Shown: in pieces, positions 1 to 6,518 of the stretch | How positions within the stretch are numbered: the stretch's first letter is position 1 | Layout: the number at the start of each line of letters is the position of its first letter | Source of the DNA: an uncultured cyanobacterium | GTDB lineage: Bacteria; Cyanobacteriota; Cyanobacteriia; PCC-6307; Cyanobiaceae | Assembly: GCA_963697335.1 (NCBI GenBank) | Contig: CAVONQ010000005.1 | Span: forward strand, 1 to 64,000 | Length of the DNA stretch: 64,000 bases | Direction: 5' to 3' | Translations under genes and position numbers: made by a program | The notes under the pieces: model-generated | Told to the model about the DNA's origin: nothing | The model's input: only the letters and a program-made list of their open reading frames with translations | Database searches by the model: none

Positions 1-57
1 GGAACCTCTGAAAAACCCGCTAAAATCAATCCAGATCCAAGACTGAGACTGGAACGG

Positions 58-1041
58 ATGGCCGACCCCCTCCAGCTGGGCTTTACGGACTACGAGCAGA
101 TCTACGCCAAAAAGAGGACGCGTCGCCAGCGCTTCTTGGATGAGATGGAGGCCACGGTTCCCTGGGAAGCGTTTCTGGCCTTGATCGAGCCCGTGTATCA
201 CAAGCCGTCCAGCAAGGGAGGTCGTCCGCCGATTCCTTTGGAGGTGATGCTGCGGATCCACCTGCTGCAGCAGTGGTTCACGCTTTCAGATCCCTTGATG
301 GAGGAGATGCTGATCGATACGCCCTGCTTCCGCCGCTTCGCAGGAATCGAGACGATGGAAGGCCGGATCCCTGATGAGACCACGATTCTCAACTTCCGCC
401 ATCTGCTGGAAGAGCACCGCATCGCCGAGCAGATCCTTGAGGGTGTGAACCAGATGCTGAGCGAGAAAGGAGTGATGCTGAGGGAAGGCACGATCCTTGA
501 TGCCACGATCATCAATGCCCCCAGCTCCACCAAGAACAAGCGCAAGGAGAGGGATCCTGAAATGCACTCGGTGGCCAAGGGCAAGCAGTGGTTCTTTGGG
601 ATGCGCTGCCACATCGGCGTTGATGCCGCATCTGGCCTGGTCCACTCTGTGGTGAGCACCGCAGCCAACGTGCATGAGCTGAACACAGCAGCTGACCGGC
701 TCCATGGGGATGAACGCCTCATCTACGGCGATGCTGGCCACATCGGCATCGAGAAACGAAACGACTTCCAGGACTGCGAGGCTGAGTTCAGGATTGCCAT
801 GAAGCCCGGCCAGCGCAGAGTTCTTCCAGAGACACCAGAGGGCAGGCTTCTGGATCTGATTGAGACGGCGAAAGCCCACTTCCGCGCCAAAGTGGAGCAT
901 CCCTTTCGGATCATCAAATGTCAGTTCGGCTTCCGGAAGGTCTTCTACCGAGGCATCCGCAAGAACGACCTCAAGCTGAAGTTGCTCTTTGCCCTGGCAA
1001 ACCTCTGGATGGTACGGGAGCGAATACCTGATCCAGCGTAA
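58..1041 (+). CDS. IS5-family DDE transposase
   Basis: KRTRRQRFLDEM..VPW, GRPP..LEVMLRIHLLQQWF, IPDETTILNFRHLLE, DATII, YGDAG, RAKVEHPFRIIKCQFG motifs. Confidence 0.95.
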   Translation: MADPLQLGFTDYEQIYAKKRTRRQRFLDEMEATVPWEAFLALIEPVYHKPSSKGGRPPIPLEVMLRIHLLQQWFTLSDPLMEEMLIDTPCFRRFAGIETMEGRIPDETTILNFRHLLEEHRIAEQILEGVNQMLSEKGVMLREGTILDATIINAPSSTKNKRKERDPEMHSVAKGKQWFFGMRCHIGVDAASGLVHSVVSTAANVHELNTAADRLHGDERLIYGDAGHIGIEKRNDFQDCEAEFRIAMKPGQRRVLPETPEGRLLDLIETAKAHFRAKVEHPFRIIKCQFGFRKVFYRGIRKNDLKLKLLFALANLWMVRERIPDPA

Positions 1042-1172
1042 TAGCAAGGGTTTAGTGTGTCTCAAAGGTCGATAATCATCCAGAAATCAAGGCAAAATGC
1101 ATGGTGGAAACTGCCTGAACGTCTTTGCAAGGACTGCTGTGAGTGAAAAGCGGGCAAAATCTGCTCAGTATC

Positions 1173-1204
1173 GTCTCATTGACGAGAATGAGACTAGGTT
1201 TTTT
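1173..1204 (+). terminator. Candidate intrinsic terminator inside the IS right end
   Basis: GTCTCATT-gacgag-AATGAGAC 8-bp hairpin followed by TAGGTTTTTT. Confidence 0.4.
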
Positions 1205-1282
1205 GGATTAAGCCGTCTTGATCAGAGGTTCCTTTAAACCTATTGATTATCCTTTTTCCATAAAGCTTCATCGCATCCGTTG

Positions 1283-1295
1283 CCGTCATTCGCAT
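1283..1295 (+). promoter_or_regulatory. 13-bp motif CCGTCATTCGCAT, copy 1 (candidate operator)
   Basis: Identical to 4153-4165; both begin 73 nt upstream of an ATGAGT start. Confidence 0.55.
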
Positions 1296-1355
1296 GGGTG
1301 AAGAGCATAGTTGCGTGGCCGGTTCGATGCTCTGCTCCAGCGACCCACGCCTGCC

Positions 1356-1613
1356 ATGAGTAGTACCATCTGCCTCGACCACATCCTCGCCGCCGCCATG
1401 CCCTTTGATGACGTGTTCGACAGCGAGGCGCTCAGGCACGACGCGCGTGTTGAGCCCCTGCCAATCTGGGCGCACTGCGGGCGACGCCTTGACTTGCAGG
1501 CCCGTACCCTCACCTGGCAGGTACTGAGCTTGCGCGCTGTGGTCGATGACGCCCATTCCACCTGGGCTGGCTGGGATGATGGCGCCTGGGACAAAGGTAT
1601 TGAGCAGCTCTGA
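1356..1613 (+). CDS. Small acidic, Trp-rich hypothetical protein (85 aa)
   Basis: ATG at 1356 within ORF 1311-1613; co-oriented 27 nt upstream of the kinase-WYL genes. Confidence 0.55.
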   Translation: MSSTICLDHILAAAMPFDDVFDSEALRHDARVEPLPIWAHCGRRLDLQARTLTWQVLSLRAVVDDAHSTWAGWDDGAWDKGIEQL

Positions 1614-1640
1614 GCTGCCCTGATCATCCGGGAGTCGACC

Positions 1641-3080
1641 ATGGTCCCACCGACGCTGCGCTGTCACCTGCTGATCGGTCCGCCCGCCAGCGGCAAGACC
1701 TCTCTGGCGGCGGTGTTGGCCGAGCTGGTGGGGGGCCAAGTGCTTTCCACTGATGGAATCCGCGCCGAGCTGTACGGCGATGCTGCAATCCAGGGGAGCT
1801 GGTCAGACGTGGAGGCCCAGTATCACGTCCGCATCCGCACGGCGGTGGCAGAAGGGATCCCGATCATTCTCGATGCCACCCACGGTCTGCGCCCCTGGCG
1901 TCTGGCGATCACCCAGGCGTTGCAGTTGCCTGCACCAGTGCAATGGATCGGCTGGTGGCTCACCACACCGCTGGAGCAATGTCTGATCTGGAATCGGGGG
2001 CGAGATCGCCAGGTGGCTGCAGCTGTGATCGAGCGCATTCACGGATACCTGCCGGCGGCCACCTACGTGCCGGATCCAATCTTCCTCAGGAAGCTGAATG
2101 CAGATCCTTCCCAGCGTGCTGAGAAGCTGGCGAACCAAGCCAGGGTTTTCCTCGACAAACAGAGCCGGTCCTTCCGCGAGGAAGGATTTGCCTATCTCGC
2201 CGCCCTGAACCCGGCCTCCATCACGGATCTCACGTCGTACTGCCGTGCTGTGCTGAGCGACATAAATCGCAGCATCCAGGCAGCCTTCAATCGAAGGCAA
2301 AGGATCGTGCTGCACCGCTACTCGCGCCTGCTGGATCTGGAGCGGCTGCTCTATATGATCCGCCTGCTGCTCGAATACCCGGGCCTGGAGTTCTACTTCC
2401 ACACGCAGGATCTTCCCCTCGAATGCAGGGAGGAGGTGGCCCAGCTGCGCCAGAGTTTTCGCTTTCAGCGCGATGCCCCCTTACCGGTACCAGATCAGGC
2501 GACCTTTGCCGTGCGTGCCGCTTTCGCCCTCGCCCATCGCCATGGGCCCTGTTTCGGCGATGTGGACGCCATTGAACAAGATCTGGACTGGCTCTGGAAT
2601 CAGGGATTCACGTCCGCCTTCACTGAATCACGTGTTGTCGATCCAGGGGCTGCCGCGGCGCAGGTCCGAGAGGCCATGGATGCCGGGGCGGGCTTCCCAC
2701 AGGCGGCTGATCGACCCATCTTTCAGCGCCAGCTCGGATTGCTGCGTTATCTCATTCAGAATCCCTTCGATGCGCCGGATGACAACAGCAACCTCGACCC
2801 TGATCTCCGCCTGGATGGCCGCAGGCTTACCAGAACCAACTCCCAAAGCCTTGATACCCAACAAGCCACTGCCAGCGCGCCAAGACGGAGGGCGCAGCGA
2901 CAGACCGTCTCACTGCGTCTACACCTGTTGGAGAGACTCCGGCAGATCTACCCAACCGGTGAGAAAGAGCAGAAGCTGAATAAACAGCAGCTCAGCACCC
3001 TAGACAAGGACATTGAGCTCCTGATCACCGGGTACGGATTCCGGAATCTCCTAAGCAGCGGCTCCTCCAACCAACCTTGA
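1641..3080 (+). CDS. AAA_33/polynucleotide-kinase-like P-loop domain plus probable wHTH region; N-terminal part of a kinase-WYL regulator
   Basis: GPPASGKT P-loop, STDGIRAELYGD, DATH, NRGRDRQV lid-like motif; later YSRLLDLERLLYMIRLL and STLDKDIELL helices; GGGAG upstream of ATG. Confidence 0.8.
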   Translation: MVPPTLRCHLLIGPPASGKTSLAAVLAELVGGQVLSTDGIRAELYGDAAIQGSWSDVEAQYHVRIRTAVAEGIPIILDATHGLRPWRLAITQALQLPAPVQWIGWWLTTPLEQCLIWNRGRDRQVAAAVIERIHGYLPAATYVPDPIFLRKLNADPSQRAEKLANQARVFLDKQSRSFREEGFAYLAALNPASITDLTSYCRAVLSDINRSIQAAFNRRQRIVLHRYSRLLDLERLLYMIRLLLEYPGLEFYFHTQDLPLECREEVAQLRQSFRFQRDAPLPVPDQATFAVRAAFALAHRHGPCFGDVDAIEQDLDWLWNQGFTSAFTESRVVDPGAAAAQVREAMDAGAGFPQAADRPIFQRQLGLLRYLIQNPFDAPDDNSNLDPDLRLDGRRLTRTNSQSLDTQQATASAPRRRAQRQTVSLRLHLLERLRQIYPTGEKEQKLNKQQLSTLDKDIELLITGYGFRNLLSSGSSNQP

Positions 3081-3089
3081 TGCCCAATC

Positions 3090-4148
3090 ATGCCAGCAGC
3101 TGATCGTTCATACAAGCCCAGGGATAAATTCCGCGGTTTCGGCCTCGGAACGGCAATCCTCACCGCCCAGCAGCTCAAGGACGTACATACCAGGCTCAAC
3201 CAGGCCTTCAGCCGCCTCAACGATCCCACCGTAACCGGTCTGCAGGAAGCATTGAAAAGCCGGTTGGAGATGGCTGGGATCGATGTGGAGAACCTCGTGC
3301 CGCTGCGCGCCTTTGCTAATCGGTCCATCATTGAGCACGACAAGACATTCGAGAACAACCAGACACTCGTCAATGAGTCCCATCTCAGGCGAGTGGAAAG
3401 GGCGATTCTCGAACGCAAGCAGGTGTGGCTCAAGGTGCCCGATCCAAAGGGCAAGGGCAAGGGCAAGGAGATCCTGGTCTGGCCGCTGCAGATCCTTTTC
3501 CACAACATTGCCTGGTATCTGGCCTATGAATCGGCGCAGGTGGGTTCACTTCTCACGGTCACCAGACTGGACCGCATTCAGCTGGTCAATGCCGGGCTTC
3601 CCCAGCAGAGAAGTCTGGCTGAGATGCGGAAATCTCAGCAACGGCTGGAGCATCTCTGTCGCCGCACCGGCGGTATCTTTCTTGGCGATGACCACCACCA
3701 GCAAGCCAAGCTGGCCGTCGAAGATCTCAGCGAGAACCGAGTCCAACAATTGCTTCGTGAGGGCACGTTGGTCACGGTGCACTTCCACTGCTCTGCGCGT
3801 ATCTATGCGTTCATCCGTTCAGGCAACAAACGCTACCCACCCGCACAGATGCGACTCTCAGGCCCGCTGCCCACTGATGACTGGAAGGTGAATGTCACAG
3901 GCACTTCGCTGTTGCTTCCCGATCCCATCAACACCGCTCATCCATATCCAGTGGAGATCATTCTGCCTGCCTGGACTGTGGAGAGCAACGACTTCTGCAG
4001 CTGGTTGTTCGGTTTCGGCGGCGAACTCAAAATCGAAGCTCCTGATGCACTGCGGGTGAAGCATCGCGCCTATGGCCAGGGGATCGCTGCGCTTTATGAA
4101 ACGCCAGATCACTCTGGTGAGCATTCCGCCGTTGACGCAGCCCCCTAA
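3090..4148 (+). CDS. WYL-domain protein (WYL plus WCX-like C-terminus)
   Basis: VERAILERKQV, VWPLQILFHNIAWYLAYE, RLDRI, and C-terminal WLFGFGGELKIEAPDALR. Confidence 0.88.
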   Translation: MPAADRSYKPRDKFRGFGLGTAILTAQQLKDVHTRLNQAFSRLNDPTVTGLQEALKSRLEMAGIDVENLVPLRAFANRSIIEHDKTFENNQTLVNESHLRRVERAILERKQVWLKVPDPKGKGKGKEILVWPLQILFHNIAWYLAYESAQVGSLLTVTRLDRIQLVNAGLPQQRSLAEMRKSQQRLEHLCRRTGGIFLGDDHHQQAKLAVEDLSENRVQQLLREGTLVTVHFHCSARIYAFIRSGNKRYPPAQMRLSGPLPTDDWKVNVTGTSLLLPDPINTAHPYPVEIILPAWTVESNDFCSWLFGFGGELKIEAPDALRVKHRAYGQGIAALYETPDHSGEHSAVDAAP

Positions 4149-4152
4149 GCTC

Positions 4153-4165
4153 CCGTCATTCGCAT
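4153..4165 (+). promoter_or_regulatory. 13-bp motif CCGTCATTCGCAT, copy 2 (candidate operator)
   Basis: Exact direct repeat of 1283-1295; imperfect inverted copy ATGCGGGATGCGG at 4182-4194. Confidence 0.55.
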
Positions 4166-4225
4166 AGAAAGAGGGGCCTTGATGCGGGATGCGGCGAGGA
4201 TGTGTTCACCCGCAAAGCGATCCCG

Positions 4226-4696
4226 ATGAGTTACACCTCCAATCCCGAGCCCAGCGATGCCAATGCCTCTGCTCAGTGCAGCGGCCGGTACCGGTACTGC
4301 GCTGGCAGACCGCTTGATCCCAGCGAGGGCCTCCACCCCGAATTCCACGCCGATGCCGCCCCGGCGAGGCAGGAGAGCGGCGTTCCCGACAGCCCCGCCG
4401 CTCTGATCGCCATGCAGGACAGGTCCAATGCCCCCCGCCCCGATGAGCCCGAACGGAAACCCAGTGCCAAGGTCGAGCAGGTGCTTGAGCTTCTTGATCG
4501 GCTGGAGACCGGCGCAGCCGAGGGTCTCGATCTGGTGCAGAGGCTTGTGCGCAAGCTGGAGCACTACCACGACCGCGTAGTGGAGGAGATGTGCGATGAC
4601 GAAGAGGCCAGCCACAGCCAGCTGATCGCCTGGTCCATCGATGCCGATCGGCTGATGCGCAGCCGATTGTTGCTGGAGTCAGTTGAACTGGAATAG
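4226..4696 (+). CDS. Hypothetical protein with acidic helical C-terminal domain
   Basis: ORF 4202-4696, likely ATG at 4226; amphipathic helices, LIAWSIDADRL motif. Confidence 0.65.
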   Translation: MSYTSNPEPSDANASAQCSGRYRYCAGRPLDPSEGLHPEFHADAAPARQESGVPDSPAALIAMQDRSNAPRPDEPERKPSAKVEQVLELLDRLETGAAEGLDLVQRLVRKLEHYHDRVVEEMCDDEEASHSQLIAWSIDADRLMRSRLLLESVELE

Positions 4697-5084
4697 AGCA
4701 TTCAACTGACAGTGATCTGAGCAAAGGCAAATCGGATTATCTCTTCTATGTCCAGATGACTAGAGAGGGAATGTTGCTTGACTTGCTTCGTCACAACTTG
4801 CTTCTTTGGGATAGTGCGCCAGCATACGGCTGCTCTGCCTGAGGTGATTCGCATTGGCAAAACTACCCTGAATCGCCAATACGCGCACTACAAGTCCATC
4901 TCATTGGAATAGCCCGCTATCGCTTCGCATTGCACTCCTGACAGAGAAGGTGATATACATAGTCTTTGTGGTATGATTATGGAGCTCCCGGCGAATCAGA
5001 AAGGTGGCCAGTCGCAGAAGCTGCCTACACATAAGACGTGCGGCTTTTGATCCAAATTGTGCGCGTATCAGGGATCAAGGCGGG

Positions 5085-5414
5085 ATGGACCCTGAGGCTT
5101 TTGGACATCTGGTTGGCCAGGCAATAGTCTATACACTTGCATTGCTCCTACTCGGTGTATTGCTTTGGGGAATGTGGATCCTGGTCCTTTGGGCGGCACC
5201 AAAGACAATCGCCTTAATTGCGGCAGCAGGGGCCTGGACCTATCGGGCAATCGTCTATACACTTAGGCTTGCTCTGGGCATTGGCGTCGTTTCAGTCGTC
5301 ATCTGGCTCCTCTTCAGGCTCTCAACCGTAACAACGCACCTTGGTCCCCGTGGTGGCCGGTTCAGGATTCGCCATTCACGGAAGAGTGGCAAAAAGTATA
5401 AGCAATACTTCTAG
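5085..5414 (+). CDS. Hypothetical small membrane protein with internal AIVYTL repeat
   Basis: Hydrophobic segments, basic C-tail, low-GC context; ATG at 5085. Confidence 0.45.
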   Translation: MDPEAFGHLVGQAIVYTLALLLLGVLLWGMWILVLWAAPKTIALIAAAGAWTYRAIVYTLRLALGIGVVSVVIWLLFRLSTVTTHLGPRGGRFRIRHSRKSGKKYKQYF

Positions 5415-5821
5415 ATAGAATCCTCGCCAACACCGAGATGTTCGATGCTTTTGGTGATCTGATGCGTCCAGTGACTGCTGGCCCTGTGCGACCTTGACAC
5501 GGTCCATAAGTGCATTTTACTATTCTAGTCTTGGGATTTTTAGTGAAAGCCATTGTTCCCGGGAAATGATGGGGTAGATCGTACTGGTTGCTGTTTGCGT
5601 TTCATAATGTGTAGCATCAGTCCATGGCCCAACTAGTCTCGAATTTCAGATCTATGCGCCTGCTCTGCTCCCTGAGGTAGGTGCTGCCTCAGCAGATTGG
5701 TAGCGACAGAGCCTTCGGAGTATGACGCCAATTAATGTATGTCACTAACCAGGTCCCCGCCCCACCCCGCCGGCGACTGGAAGCTTTGAAAACTAATGGT
5801 CCCGCCAGCTTGTTTGCTCCG

Positions 5822-6518
5822 ATGACCGGCCAGCTCGGCTTCTTTGACCCCTCCCCCAGCGATACTCCACATCTGCAGGAGTTACCTGGCCTCGCCCTGC
5901 GCTACTGGCCCAGCTGGGCCGGCCCCGAGGCCGACGGCTGGATGGAACAGCCTGCGGCGTGACGTGCCCTGGAAGCAGGACTCCATCACCCTCTTCGGCC
6001 GCACCCACCCCGTGCCCCGCCTCACCTGCTGGATGGGAGATCCCGGCTGTTCCTACACCTACAGCGGTGTTGCCAACCCGATCGAGCCCTGGTCGCCCCT
6101 GCTCCAGCAGCTTCGAGAGCGGCTGCAGACCGCGGCGGGCTGCAGCTTCAACTCCCTGCTGCTGAACCGCTACCGCGATGGTCGCGACGCGATGGGCTGG
6201 CATGCCGATGACGAGCCGGAGCTCGATCCCCGGGCACCGATCGCGTCCCTGAGCTTCGGGGCTCCCCGCAGCTTCCGGCTCAAGCCCAGGGCCCCTGGCC
6301 TCAATCAAGCCAAGCCGCTGGTCTACGAGCTGGGCCATGGCGACTTGCTGGTGATGGATCCCCCCACCCAGGAGCACTGGCTGCACCAGGTGCCCCGGCG
6401 CCTGCGGCTGCGGCAGGAACGCATCAACCTCACGTTCCGTCGGATCCGTTCAGCGGCTCCACCGCCGTGGCCGCCGTGGAGCGACCGGGATCGAGCAGGG
6501 CTTCAAGGGCTTCGCTGA
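5822..6518 (+). CDS. alkB: AlkB-like 2OG-Fe(II) dioxygenase, frameshifted near 5951
   Basis: VPRLTCWMGD, FNSLLLNRYRDGRDAMGWHADDE, IASLSFGA, HQVP, RINLTFR; N-terminus (ATG 5822) is in another frame and joins if one C at 5951-5952 is removed. Confidence 0.85.

Larger units (their letters stand above)
1..1232 (+). mobile_element. IS5-family (IS5 subgroup) insertion sequence, apparently complete
   Basis: Terminal inverted repeats GGAACCTCTGA (1-11) / TCAGAGGTTCC (1222-1232) enclose a DDE transposase; left flank lies outside the window so no target duplication can be checked. Confidence 0.9.

Noticed and set aside
3078..3080. Selenocysteine recoding of the in-frame TGA (mnmH is present in the window)
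   Set aside because: No convincing SECIS hairpin follows, the position is in a non-conserved linker, and mnmH indicates selenouridine rather than Sec machinery
3447..3468. (AAGGGC)n microsatellite encoding KGKGKGK in the WYL domain
   Set aside because: Short in-frame loop repeat that cannot switch frame; little significance
1283..4165. 13-bp direct repeats as attL/attR or target-site duplication of a mobile cassette
   Set aside because: No integrase or terminal inverted repeats lie between them, and the identical 73-nt spacing to start codons fits an operator better; not fully excluded
1233..5800. CRISPR array or cas genes near the WYL gene
   Set aside because: No regularly spaced repeats and no Cas-like ORFs seen
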